A stretch of DNA of 60,775 bases. It comes from a virus. Lineage: Duplodnaviria; Caudoviricetes. The position numbers and the translations under genes were made by a program. The stretch lies in the IMG/VR virus record IMGVR_UViG_3300009702_000028, positions 1-60,775 of that record; one strand, 5' to 3'. This document shows, in pieces, positions 35,832 through 46,000 of the stretch; within the stretch, counting starts at the first letter, position 1; every line of letters begins with the position of its first letter. The notes under the pieces are model-generated. The model made no database searches. It worked only from the letters and a program-made list of their open reading frames with translations, and had not been told where the DNA came from.

Positions 35832-36470
35832 ATGCAGATCAAGAAATTCGATGACGAGCTTCGGATCGTGTATGGCGAGGTCTACGCACCTAACGTGCCT
35901 GATTCTCAAGGTGATTACATGACTGCGGAAACTATCCGTAAAATGGCTCACCGATTCCTTTCAAAGGGCCGTACCAAGGCTGTCGATACGAATCACGATA
36001 ATGAACTTAATGGGTCAATTATTGTTGAGTCGTTCGTGGCACGTAAAGGAGATCCAGAGTTCATCGAAGATAGTTGGGTCTGTGGAGTCCACATCCCATC
36101 TGCTGAGTTGTGGAAGAAAGTGAAATCTGGAGAGATTAACGGTTTTTCATTGGAAGGAACGGTGGCAAGTCGACCTCGGCGTGTCGCTCTGTACGTACCT
36201 GATACTGTGATGGGAGAGACGGAGGAAGCTAAAGGGCATACGCATAACTATAAGGTTGCGTTTAGCCAAGATGACCTCCTGATCGAAGGGTTCACTATTG
36301 AGGACCGTACAGGGCATATTCACGAGATCCGTAATGGCACCATTACTGAAGAATCCGCTGGACACCGACATCGTTATAGGCTCATCGATGCGCTTGATCA
36401 TATTGAGGTCCTGGATGAAGCCATCACAGGTCCCGATGGAATACTGCCTGGTAAGGGGTTGAATCCATGA
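35832..36470 (+). CDS. XkdF-like prohead protease
   Basis: RIVYGEVYAP.VPDSQGD.M..E.I.KMAH.F...D.NH...IVESF...W.KVKSGEINGFS.EG; C-terminal GHxH repeats. Confidence 0.85.
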   Translation: MQIKKFDDELRIVYGEVYAPNVPDSQGDYMTAETIRKMAHRFLSKGRTKAVDTNHDNELNGSIIVESFVARKGDPEFIEDSWVCGVHIPSAELWKKVKSGEINGFSLEGTVASRPRRVALYVPDTVMGETEEAKGHTHNYKVAFSQDDLLIEGFTIEDRTGHIHEIRNGTITEESAGHRHRYRLIDALDHIEVLDEAITGPDGILPGKGLNP

Positions 36471-37663
36471 AACTTCTATCAAGTAAGGGTAGTGTTGAGG
36501 CGCGAGGTGGGCTTCGTCGAATTGAAGCAGAACTCGACGAGCTTGACGACGTTGATGTTGATTACATCTCTCTCGTAAAGAGGGGGGCTAACCGGGCACC
36601 CTTCAAGATCATCAAACGAGAGGACGAATCCATGCTCGATTTCAGTAAGGCAATGCTGTTCCGGAAGTCCAAAAAGCAGGTTACTCCGGCAGTTGCCGCC
36701 GTTCTGGTCAATAAAACTGACCACACCGATTCCATCATTGCTCAGATTGCTGAAGCCGGATTTTCCCCGGTGGAGACGATTGAACAGGATGAGATCATGC
36801 TTCTGAAGCTAGCGAGCTTCGATGAAGACGATGCAATTATCGTTCAGTTGAACGACGACATCGCTGTTGTTGTAGCGAACGCCAAGAAGCAGTTCATGTC
36901 TTTCCCTGACTCTACGTCTTTCCGAGAAAACATGTCTTCCGCTGGGTTTGTGCCTGGATTTCACATGTCGCTAGATACGTTGGCGATGACGGTGAGTAAC
37001 ATTATGTCTGAGGCTACTACCAAGAGCGATGGGCGTAGCATGATTTCAGACGCCATCGGCGACTTCCAGACTCACGTACTTCAGTTGATGGATTCTGTCC
37101 CTGAGACCGCGTTCAAGCTGGAAAGTATCATTCCGGGTGACGTTCCTTCTAAGAAGGAGGATGCATCAAAAGAAGATGTCGTCGAAAAGGATGCCGTCGA
37201 AAAGGATGACAAGAAGGAAGAGTCCATTAAGGACGCTTCTGAGGCCAAAGCCAAAGAAGGGGATGTAGAAACTCCCGATCCTAAGGATGAGGCTGAGATC
37301 AATGAGGACATGAAAGAGCTGGCGCAAAATCTCATGGCTGGGGTTGAGCAGCAGTTTTCGAGTCTTCGTGATGAAGTGCTTCAAGGTCTGACCAAGACTG
37401 AAGAGGCTACCCAGAGTGCCGTTGAGGCATTGAGAGCTGAAGTCGCTGATCAGAGCGAGAAGCTAGAGGCTGCAAAGCAGGAGATGAACGAAGCCGTCAA
37501 TGGGACGGTACATCGCGGGGCGTTGACCGACGACAACCTATCCTCGGGTGGGCCTACTCGGAAGTCGCAAGATGGTGAAGATGGAGATGTGGACTGGAGC
37601 AGCGCGTTCCGGTTCCCTGGGTTTGAAAGCCCGAACATCGAGATCGCCATCGAGGACCGATAA
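36467..37663 (+). CDS. probable capsid scaffolding protein
   Basis: ISLVKRGANRAPF N-terminus and acidic coiled coil; lies between protease and capsid genes. Confidence 0.65.
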   Translation: MKLLSSKGSVEARGGLRRIEAELDELDDVDVDYISLVKRGANRAPFKIIKREDESMLDFSKAMLFRKSKKQVTPAVAAVLVNKTDHTDSIIAQIAEAGFSPVETIEQDEIMLLKLASFDEDDAIIVQLNDDIAVVVANAKKQFMSFPDSTSFRENMSSAGFVPGFHMSLDTLAMTVSNIMSEATTKSDGRSMISDAIGDFQTHVLQLMDSVPETAFKLESIIPGDVPSKKEDASKEDVVEKDAVEKDDKKEESIKDASEAKAKEGDVETPDPKDEAEINEDMKELAQNLMAGVEQQFSSLRDEVLQGLTKTEEATQSAVEALRAEVADQSEKLEAAKQEMNEAVNGTVHRGALTDDNLSSGGPTRKSQDGEDGDVDWSSAFRFPGFESPNIEIAIEDR

Positions 37664-37700
37664 GTCCCAGCCCCCCTCTGGTCCACTTAGGAGCCACTTC

Positions 37701-38660
37701 ATGTCCATGTCCAATCGCAGACTGATTCAGCTTGCGGATACGGTCGTTTCGGATTTTGCTTCCGGTGGTCTGCTCAACCCAGAACAGGCCAACGCCTTCA
37801 TCCGCAAATTGATCGTGCAGCCGACGATTCTCCGTGACGCCCGAACGGTCGTTATGGGAGCGCCGCAACGCAAGATTGAAAAGATTCATTTCGCAAGCCG
37901 TATCCTCCGTCCGGGGGTTGAGAACACCGCTTTGATTGCGGCCGACCGTGCGGTACCAACGACTGAAACGGTAACCTTGACTACGTTCGAGGTCATTGCC
38001 GAAGTTCGTATCTCGTATGATGCACTGGAAGATCAGATCGAACGGGCGAACATCAACGCCAACAACCCCAACGGACCCCAGACGGGTGCTGTAGCTGGTG
38101 GGTTGAAAGACACTATCATTACTTTGATGGCCGAACGGGCGGCTACTGACTTGGAAGAGCTGTTGATTAACGGCGACACTGCGTCTGGTGATGCTTATTT
38201 GGCTCTCGTTGATGGTCTCTTGGTGCAGTCCACGTCGAATGTATTCGACCAGGCATCAGCAGCTATTGATCGAACCATGTTCGCCAATGGGCTTATTACG
38301 ATGCCTGACCAGTATCTCCGTGATCGCAGTAACATGCGGAATTACGTGAGCTGGGATCGGGAAATTCAGTACCAAGACAGCTTGGCTGGACGTGAGACAG
38401 CGCTGGGCGATGCTCGTATTACCACTACGGGTCCTGTTTTCGGTCATGGTGTTCCGGTGATCCCGGTCGCTTTGATGCCGAATACCAGTGGTCTTCTTGT
38501 GAATCCGCGCAACATTATTTGGGGTATTCAGCGTCAGATCTCCGTTGAGATCGACAAGGACATCTCGGCACGGAACTTCAAGATGGTCCTCACCATGCGG
38601 TGTGACTTCAAGTACGAGGAAGAGCTGGCCGTCGTCAAGTACATCAACGTCGGAGTCTGA
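37701..38660 (+). CDS. major capsid protein (HK97 fold, XkdG-like)
   Basis: GGLLNPEQANAFI; ISYDALEDQIE; DLEELLINGD; NIIWGIQRQISVE; AGGAG RBS. Confidence 0.88.
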   Translation: MSMSNRRLIQLADTVVSDFASGGLLNPEQANAFIRKLIVQPTILRDARTVVMGAPQRKIEKIHFASRILRPGVENTALIAADRAVPTTETVTLTTFEVIAEVRISYDALEDQIERANINANNPNGPQTGAVAGGLKDTIITLMAERAATDLEELLINGDTASGDAYLALVDGLLVQSTSNVFDQASAAIDRTMFANGLITMPDQYLRDRSNMRNYVSWDREIQYQDSLAGRETALGDARITTTGPVFGHGVPVIPVALMPNTSGLLVNPRNIIWGIQRQISVEIDKDISARNFKMVLTMRCDFKYEEELAVVKYINVGV

Positions 38661-38691
38661 TGCTTAGTGCGGCGTTTGTGTCTGTGGTTGT

Positions 38692-38715
38692 GGGGGTCAG
38701 ACATCACTGGCCCCC
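38692..38715 (+). terminator. GC-rich hairpin after the capsid gene
   Basis: GGGGGTCAG-ACATCA-CTGGCCCCC, no T tract. Confidence 0.4.
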
Positions 38716-38848
38716 TCAAACTAGGAAAGATAGAGTAGGGTTTAGGTAGCAGTTTGTTAGGCATCTTCAAAGGTGCATAAAGGGGCATGAGCCCTAATTG
38801 CAAAAGCTAGGTAAAGTCCTGCCTCTTTCTAAAAGCTAGGAGAATTCC

Positions 38849-39085
38849 ATGCCACATCCTTTTACCTCTCGTTTCAAGAGTGCTGTAGCAGCTGGTGCGG
38901 CTGCGGCCACGCCCATTGCACTACCGGGCATGAAACCAACTTCTACCCTTATGTCCGCCATCATGTACACCGCTGGGGTACCTTCTGATGTATCAAGCGA
39001 CGTTGTTCAAGGGCAGGAGACCTTCCAATTGGCGACCGTAAACAGTACGGGCAATCAACTAGTGCTCCAATGGATGAACGAGTAA
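38849..39085 (+). CDS. small virion protein, possible decoration protein
   Basis: Position after the capsid gene; AGGAG RBS. Confidence 0.55.
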   Translation: MPHPFTSRFKSAVAAGAAAATPIALPGMKPTSTLMSAIMYTAGVPSDVSSDVVQGQETFQLATVNSTGNQLVLQWMNE

Positions 39086-39138
39086 GTTAAGGGATACTTC
39101 ATTTAATTGAAGACCCATCAAGCTTAGGAGATAGAGAG

Positions 39139-39459
39139 ATGAAGAAGCTTCAACTCACTGGTGCTGTTAACTATAACTGCCGTAATCCGGATCTTCAGAA
39201 GACTAATGGTTTGACGTTCAAGTCTGTGGGAAACAACGGCTTGCCGATAACCTATGAGCTGGAGGACCCGTTGGGGGCTTGGCTACTTCAACAGAGTGGT
39301 CCAAAGGGTGTGCCTTATTTCAGTGAGGTCATTGGAGAAAAACCTGGAGCAGTTGAGCCAGTAGAGGTAGAGTTTCCTGTTGAGAAGGCACCTGATATGA
39401 ATCCTGTTGCTCCGGTCGGAACTATTGAGTCCGATAGTGGGGGAGCCGTTGAGGTTTGA
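39139..39459 (+). CDS. hypothetical protein
   Basis: AGGAG RBS. Confidence 0.6.
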   Translation: MKKLQLTGAVNYNCRNPDLQKTNGLTFKSVGNNGLPITYELEDPLGAWLLQQSGPKGVPYFSEVIGEKPGAVEPVEVEFPVEKAPDMNPVAPVGTIESDSGGAVEV

Positions 39460-39462
39460 TGA

Positions 39463-40149
39463 ATGCTACCCAAGCTGACAGGGCTGGAGAAAGTACGTGA
39501 ACGGGGGCAACTAGGCGGTGGCGCTGAGGTTGCTCTGTTAACTCAAATCTCTTTAGAGCATGTAACTCAACAGCTTGAAGAGCTTCTTGAAACTCCTTTT
39601 GATAGGGCTACGGTCGAGGATACGTACTTTTTCGATCTTGGAGGTTACAAACCTCATCTCCCTAACATCCTAGAACTTACCCTGTCTCACGGGTTTGTGT
39701 TCGAGGATCCTGCGGCAATTCCAGATCCAATCGTTACAGAAGTTCGTATAGCGGGCACTGTTAATGATTTGGATACTGCTTCTCTTTTAGACACCACATC
39801 GTTCATGACTGACTTAGAGAAGGGTCATGTCATTGTTACGAATACGGCTGACACGAGTGCGTATAACACTTTCTCCCCCCTTATAGTCGGGCGGGGGTGG
39901 GTACGTGTGTCTTACACGGCTGGGTTCGAGACACAGAACACGTTAAACGAGCCGCATGGAGACTATTACACTAATGTTCCTGCTTGGTTGCAGGATATTG
40001 CTGCTAGTTTGGCGTTCAACCGTTATGGAGAGATGAACGCTGAGGCGCAGCTTCCGACTATAGGGCCTGAATATCTTCGAGCTACCTTAGAGCGACACTT
40101 CAGAAAGAGAGGGACGGCGCTTCCGCCGTTACGCAGTCTTGTTGCTTGA
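39463..40149 (+). CDS. probable head-tail adaptor
   Basis: VRVSYTAGF...VPAWLQD motif and position. Confidence 0.6.
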   Translation: MLPKLTGLEKVRERGQLGGGAEVALLTQISLEHVTQQLEELLETPFDRATVEDTYFFDLGGYKPHLPNILELTLSHGFVFEDPAAIPDPIVTEVRIAGTVNDLDTASLLDTTSFMTDLEKGHVIVTNTADTSAYNTFSPLIVGRGWVRVSYTAGFETQNTLNEPHGDYYTNVPAWLQDIAASLAFNRYGEMNAEAQLPTIGPEYLRATLERHFRKRGTALPPLRSLVA

Positions 40150-40570
40150 TATTGAAGTCACGGGAGTAAATGATCTTGAATTTAAGATTAACTCCCTTGA
40201 ACACGTTGATTTCAATGAAGCCTTGGAGGATGCGGCTGCTGTCCTTCTCAACCGAATTCGTACACGGTTCCTTGACCAAACCGACCCTGATGGGCGTAAG
40301 TGGCCGGAGTCTGCTGCTGCTCGTCTTCGTCGTGCTAGTGGCCGTGATGGCGGTACTTTGTTTGATACTGGTAACTTGTTTCACTCTATACAATTGTTCG
40401 ACCGTGGTTCGAATGAGGTCGGTATTGGCACAGATGTGGAGTATGGTCTTCAGCACCAGGAAGGGTTGAATGGGTTACCTAAGCGTACGTTTATAGGGTT
40501 TAGTGGTGATGATGTAGAGATTGCTTCCCTCGTATTTAAGAATAAGATCGAGGCGTTGCTAGGTGGGTAA
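40139..40570 (+). CDS. virion morphogenesis / tail completion protein (gpS-like)
   Basis: RFLDQTDPDGRKW...TLFDTGNL..SI...GTDVEYG..HQ.G...LPKR.FIG. Confidence 0.82.
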   Translation: MLLDIEVTGVNDLEFKINSLEHVDFNEALEDAAAVLLNRIRTRFLDQTDPDGRKWPESAAARLRRASGRDGGTLFDTGNLFHSIQLFDRGSNEVGIGTDVEYGLQHQEGLNGLPKRTFIGFSGDDVEIASLVFKNKIEALLGG

Positions 40571-41072
40571 ACCTTTACTAGATGTCATCAGTGAGACGTT
40601 AGCCTTTCTCATGAATGTGCTTCAGACTGAAGTGGAGCCCATTGAGAATAAGGTGGTGGGGGTTTACAAGCAGGATGATCTGTTTCAAGCCATAGGGCGT
40701 GAAGGTAGACCTTTAATCGGTGTTGCGTACTTAGGTATGCGAGCGCTGGAGGCAACTAGACAGGGAAATATTAAGGAGTCTATTAATCAGTTGTCGGACT
40801 TGTACTTTGATATCTATGTTATCAATCACCAGGAAGCTAGAGGGGAAGATGGTGAACAGTGGCTAGATACAACGTATCTTCTCGATTTAACCCGTAGAGC
40901 ACTTTTGTTAAAGTGTCCTGGCTTTACTCCGAGACCATTCAGGTTTGTGTCCGAGCTGCCTACTGAGCTGACTTTTTCCGGAGGACCGGGGGGCAGGAAT
41001 GCTAGCCAACAGTTCAGGTCACAGATTGTGTATGTCCAAAGATGGGCGCTGAGGGTTCCATTGCTAGGTTAG
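40563..41072 (+). CDS. probable tail terminator
   Basis: Position and size only. Confidence 0.5.
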   Translation: MGKPLLDVISETLAFLMNVLQTEVEPIENKVVGVYKQDDLFQAIGREGRPLIGVAYLGMRALEATRQGNIKESINQLSDLYFDIYVINHQEARGEDGEQWLDTTYLLDLTRRALLLKCPGFTPRPFRFVSELPTELTFSGGPGGRNASQQFRSQIVYVQRWALRVPLLG

Positions 41073-41081
41073 GAGTTGGAT

Positions 41082-41303
41082 ATGGCCGATACTGTGAAGA
41101 TGAAGCTAATCAAGCCTCACACCAGAGGGAGACTGGCTTTACCAACAGGTTCGGAGATTCAGGTCCCACGATCTAAGAGGGATTGGTACTTGAGAACCGG
41201 AACTGCTATTGAGGTGACAGGAGCGGTTCGTGAGGTAGATAATGTGGATCGTAAGACCGCGTTGTTCAAGCCACGTATACGACTCCGCGACGGATGCACT
41301 TAG
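41082..41303 (+). CDS. small hypothetical protein
   Basis: AGGAG RBS; KMKLIKPHT. Confidence 0.55.
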   Translation: MADTVKMKLIKPHTRGRLALPTGSEIQVPRSKRDWYLRTGTAIEVTGAVREVDNVDRKTALFKPRIRLRDGCT

Positions 41304-41382
41304 TAAAGACCCGGAAGAGTCAGGTGCTGGCGCAGTCGAGTCCACGTTCTAATCTGATACTGCCGACAAGGAGTAATGCCAG

Positions 41383-42231
41383 ATGGCAACTACACTTACT
41401 GGCTTCCGCGAAAGCCAATACTTGAGCGGCCAAGGAGTTTTCTTCTTGTCCGACAGAAACGCCGTTACCGGACTTCCGGATGGCGGATTCAAGCCAGTGG
41501 GCAATATATGTATTGCGTCCATTGGACTTGAAACCACTGACTTTGATCACAAAGAGTGTCAGACTGGCGCACGCTCGATTGACCTCACCATTGTGCAGGA
41601 GTTGAATGCAACCCTTACGGTTACGTTTGAGTCTATTGACCGGGATAATCTCGCTCTTGCGCTGTTGGGCCAAGGATCTGAAGTCGTAGGTGCATCCGTC
41701 GCGGATGAGCAGCACTTAGCTTCGGTTCCCACGTCGGGGCATGGGAGCTGGATTCGGTTGGACAACATTAATGTCACTGCTCTCACGATTGTTGTTGGTG
41801 ATGATGCAATTCCAACGATTACTTATGAACTCGGCAAGAATTATGAAGTAGATGAAGAGCACGGTATGGTGTTCATCTATTCTGATGCCGATCAAACTGC
41901 TAATGCGGCTGCGAATAACATTGCTGATGCCCAGAACCTTTTTTTCGATTACGATCATGGGGGTCACACCTCGGTGAATGCGTTCACGGCTTCGTCTGGC
42001 TCACTTAAATGGGCAGAGTTTGCAGGGCTCAATACTGTGGACTCCAACAACCCGGTGCAGTTGAGCGCTTTCAAGGTGCAGGCTAACCCGCTTGCAGAAT
42101 TGGCGATTATCACTGATGAGATCACCCAGATGGAAGTTTCGTTGTCCGTACAGCAAGACAGCTTGCGCGCGGCTGGGAATCAGTTCTTCGAGATAAGGCA
42201 ACTGCAAGGGCGCTTCACGAACCCGCTCTAA
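41383..42231 (+). CDS. major tail (tube) protein
   Basis: YLSGQG.FF...VGN...E.IDRDNLALAL.G; followed by a terminator, chaperones and tape measure. Confidence 0.8.
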   Translation: MATTLTGFRESQYLSGQGVFFLSDRNAVTGLPDGGFKPVGNICIASIGLETTDFDHKECQTGARSIDLTIVQELNATLTVTFESIDRDNLALALLGQGSEVVGASVADEQHLASVPTSGHGSWIRLDNINVTALTIVVGDDAIPTITYELGKNYEVDEEHGMVFIYSDADQTANAAANNIADAQNLFFDYDHGGHTSVNAFTASSGSLKWAEFAGLNTVDSNNPVQLSAFKVQANPLAELAIITDEITQMEVSLSVQQDSLRAAGNQFFEIRQLQGRFTNPL

Positions 42232-42246
42232 GCAACTTGACGAGTT

Positions 42247-42264
42247 AGTGCAACTAGTTGCACT
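42247..42264. repeat. extended palindrome AGTGCAACTAGTTGCACT
   Basis: Exact core at 42249-42262, intergenic. Confidence 0.85.
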
Positions 42265-42267
42265 CTT

Positions 42268-42293
42268 GGGGGGCTTCATGCCCCCCTTGTTTT
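42268..42293 (+). terminator. intrinsic terminator
   Basis: GGGGGGC-TTCAT-GCCCCCC-TTGTTTT. Confidence 0.8.
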
Positions 42294-42309
42294 ATGTGGA
42301 GAAAGAGAG

Positions 42310-42831
42310 ATGGCCTTAGCCGATCTAGTGGTTGAGAGAGAGACGGTCGAACATGAGGGCAAAGAGTTGTTCGATGTTCGAGGTTTGAGTTTGGCTGACG
42401 TGGTTGAGATGCTTAAAGAGCATGAGGAGGAGGTGAAGGCTACGTTTTCAGGATCGGAGGTGAACTTTGTGGAGTTAGTAACAAAGGCACCTGAATTCGT
42501 TGCTGCGATGATCTGTTCAGCAGCGGATGAGAGAGATCAACTAGAGAAGGTGCGTATTCTCCCGATGGGTGTTCAGCTCAATGCTCTAATGAAAATTTGG
42601 ACTTTGACGGCTGTATCTGGGGACGACTTGGGAAACGTAATCGCCGCCCTAACACAAGGGGCGGAATCACTGGCAAATCAGTTAACTGGGCAGAGTTCGA
42701 ACGAATCACCGGAAGAGCGTGCCAATCGCTTGTCAGCAGAGGGCATGCTAGCGATGCCGTCATCAGGTATCCCCTCCGTAAGCTCTACGCCTACGCTAGA
42801 CTCATCCAGGAGGAGCACCAAAATGAGTTGA
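42310..42831 (+). CDS. tail assembly chaperone (gpG-like)
   Basis: FDVRGLSLADV; lies between tail tube and tape measure genes. Confidence 0.75.
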   Translation: MALADLVVERETVEHEGKELFDVRGLSLADVVEMLKEHEEEVKATFSGSEVNFVELVTKAPEFVAAMICSAADERDQLEKVRILPMGVQLNALMKIWTLTAVSGDDLGNVIAALTQGAESLANQLTGQSSNESPEERANRLSAEGMLAMPSSGIPSVSSTPTLDSSRRSTKMS

Positions 42832-43001
42832 TGAATCTCGCTTCGGCTGTGAGAGCGGGGTACCATGCAGATAAGAATGAGTTCAAGAAGTTTTTGAATG
42901 CGTTGGATCCAGATAGAGGGCATAGAGGTCATAGAGCCCATGACCGCCCTGATGTACCTACAATTGACGAAATTGATGTTCTAACAGGACGCAGAAAGTA
43001 A
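42630..43001 (+). CDS. tail assembly chaperone gpGT extension via -1 frameshift at G GGA AAC (42630-42636)
   Basis: Correctly phased XXXYYYZ heptamer; the -1 frame is open to 43001 (LVSRGH..DAV.RYPL). Confidence 0.75.
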   Translation, partial: GKRNRRPNTRGGITGKSVNWAEFERITGRACQSLVSRGHASDAVIRYPLRKLYAYARLIQEEHQNELMNLASAVRAGYHADKNEFKKFLNALDPDRGHRGHRAHDRPDVPTIDEIDVLTGRRK

Positions 43002-46000
43002 GTGGCTGAAAGCGTAATTGAGGTAATCCTACGTGCGCGCAATGCGAGTCGTCAGGCGTTTACTCAGCTCAAACGTGATATTGGAGGAGTCCAACAAGAG
43101 ACTACAGATGCTGCTGCTTCGGCTAAGGAATTAGAATCCAATCTGAATGTAGCGGGTCGTGCTAATATCTCCCGAGCAGGGAGAGGAGTTGGGAATCTTG
43201 CAGACCAACTTCAAAGAGCCCAACGTCAGTCTCGTGAACTTGAATCCAGGCTCAATCGCATAGCTGAGGTAGGAGGACGCGTAGGACGCGCTCTTACGGG
43301 GATCGGGGCCGCAGGTAGTGCCTTGTTTGGTACGTCTGTAGTTCAGGCTTCAAATCTTTCTACGGCGCTTTCTCAAGTACAAGCGGTATCAGGGGCAACA
43401 GCTACTGACCTTACTACGTTAGAAGCCACTACACGTAATTTGGGGGCCACTACTAGGTTTACTGCGGTAGAGGCAGCCCAAGGTTTGGTGTTTCTTGCCC
43501 AGGCTGGGTTATCAGTTTCTGAAGCTAATCAGGCGTTGGCGGGTACGTTACAACTCGCATCGGCAGGGGGCCTTTCTCTGGCCCAAGCGTCTGATATAGC
43601 CACCAATGTACTTGCTGCATTTCAACTAAAGGTATCAGACTTAGGTAAGGTTAACGATACCCTGGCGTTCACAGCTTCAAATGCGAACACTAATGTTAGT
43701 CAGCTTGCAGAAGCATTCAAAGCTGTAGGTCCTATTGCTAACTCTATTGGATTAAATATCCAACAAGTCAGTGGTACGTTGGCAGTTCTAGCTGATGCAG
43801 GTATTAGAGGGGGTGAGGCAGGGACAGCATTACGTAATATCTTTTTAAGGCTACAGAACCCACCGAAAGCAGCAGCAGATGCTCTTGAACGGTTAGGGGT
43901 AGCTGTTATTGATATAGAGGGGAATACAAGACCTACGCTAGATGTTCTTAATGATCTGGGTAAGGCTCAGATCAGTGCGGCTGATGCAGCAGATATCTTC
44001 GGTTTAAGAGCGGCTGCGGCAGGCACCGTTCTTGTATCCAACTTTGATAAAGCCAAGGCTTCCGTCGAGGAGTTGGGTATTTCCTCTGAAGGAGCAGCAG
44101 CCCGAATAGCCACGTTACGTGAGAACAACTTAGAGGGGGATTTCAGAAAACTTACGTCAGCGATAAATGATCTATTTATCGAAATTGGACAGTCATTAGC
44201 GCCGTCCTTACGTAATCTAGTCCAGAAGCTAACTCAGGTTGCTGCGGGGATATCTGATTTTTTCAAATCACTGAGTGAAGGTGGACAACAGTTCATTGTC
44301 ATTTCGGCAGCGGCAGCGGCACTTGTCACGGTGCTTGGAATAGTTGTTATTGCTTTTAGTGGTCTTGCATCCTTAATTGCTCCGTTTGCAGCAAGTCTCT
44401 TAGGAGTAGGGGCAGCAGGCTCAGCAGCGGCAGCAGGAGCAACGGCAGCAGGAGCAGGGGCGACAGCAGCGGCTACAGGGGCTACGGCGGCCACAGGGGC
44501 ATTTGGGGCTCTTAGGGCAGCGTTGATTGCGGTAAGAAGTGCATTTCTCCCGCTTGCAGCTTTTAGTGTGGGAGCAGCTCTTGGAGGGCCAGCTCTTGAG
44601 TTGCTTCTAACTAGGTTAGATCAGCTACATAACATCTTTACCATTCTTGGTAGTGATATTGAGGACGCAATTGGGATCAATCCATTCTCAATTATCAATG
44701 AGGGGCTAGGGTCACTGCTCAAATTATTTGGGCAACTGATTCCTACTGTGGCTGAGTCTAGGACAAAACTAGGGGCATTGGGTGATGCTGCCATTGTGTC
44801 TAATTTGGCACGCATTGATCAGTCTTTAGATGCTGTATTCAAAAAGGCACAAGAAACTGATCTGATCAATGTTGATACTATACGTGAGCAATCGAGGCAA
44901 GCGCGTACAGAGATAGCCTTATTTCGTAATGATTTACGACAAGGCGTAATTGATCAAGAAGACTCTGCTCGGTTATTGAATACCATCATTCAGGGGATTC
45001 AAGATCAGGGTAAGTTGGGGATCTTAGATCCAGCAGCGGTAAAGAGTCAGGTAGATGAGGCTATTTCTGAGGTAGAGAGGTTACAACGAGGATTACGTGA
45101 AGGTACGGTTGATGTAGGGGACGTTCAGGCAGTGTCATCTCGTTTACGTGATGCTTTCACTGTTCCACTACAACAGGCGTTTCAAGCACGAGAGACTATC
45201 CAGAACGAAGCTAATCGTAAGCTACAGCAGTTCATCAATGAAGAGAACGCCATACAAAAGGCAGGTCTTGAAGAGCGGTTAGCCAATTTACAAGCATTAC
45301 AAGCACAAAATGAAGCGCTAGTTGAGGCAAGTACCAAGCGTATTGCTGATATTAGGAAACGTAATGCTGCCCTACAAACTGAAGGTTCCGCGTTACGAGT
45401 ACAGATTGCTGCTGAAAATGCTCAGCGCATTATCGCTATTGAGAATGACATTCGTAATGCTGTTCTAGGCAGTACCCAAGAGCAGCAGAGTGTATTTGCT
45501 CAGATAGCTAGCGTCAGGGCCTCTATTGCGATTGCTGATAAGGCTGCGGCTAATGCGACTACGGAGGCAGAGAGGAAGAAAGCTCAGGCTGCTCTTGACT
45601 CGGCTAGAGAGATTGCTAATCAGATAACTGATAGAGATCAGCAAATCACCCAGCTACGTTTGATACAGAGAGCTGAAGAAAATGTTGCGAAGCAGTCTCT
45701 TAATAAAGCTGAGTCTGAGCGTAAGGCCACTGAAGAAATCAAGAAGACTAAAGATCAGCGGGTCAAAGAACAGGCTGCGGTAGATATAACGAAAAAGAAG
45801 ATTGAAGAGCTTCAGGCCAAAATCAAGACTTTAAGTACGGCTAAGATTAATGTTGATGCACAGACCTCAGCAGCAGAGCGTAAGCTCAATACTGTTTCCG
45901 AGATCATTAATAGGCGTATTCCTGATTCAAAGTCGGTGGATATTGTTGTTAATGTTAGGCGTGGGGCTCAGGAAGGTGGAATTGTTCTACCTAATGACTT

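Noticed and set aside
38730-38800. Pistol or hammerhead ribozyme
   Set aside because: TAGGG/CCCTA and GGTGC occur but in the wrong order for pistol, and there is no CTGANGA...GAAA core.
41240-41352. Possible frameshift extending the 41082 ORF with an acidic tail (YDSATDALSKDPEESGAGAVESTF)
   Set aside because: No slippery site or other support; cannot be told from chance.
44400-44500. GCA-rich repeat in the tape measure gene
   Set aside because: Ordinary Ala/Gly low-complexity coding sequence.
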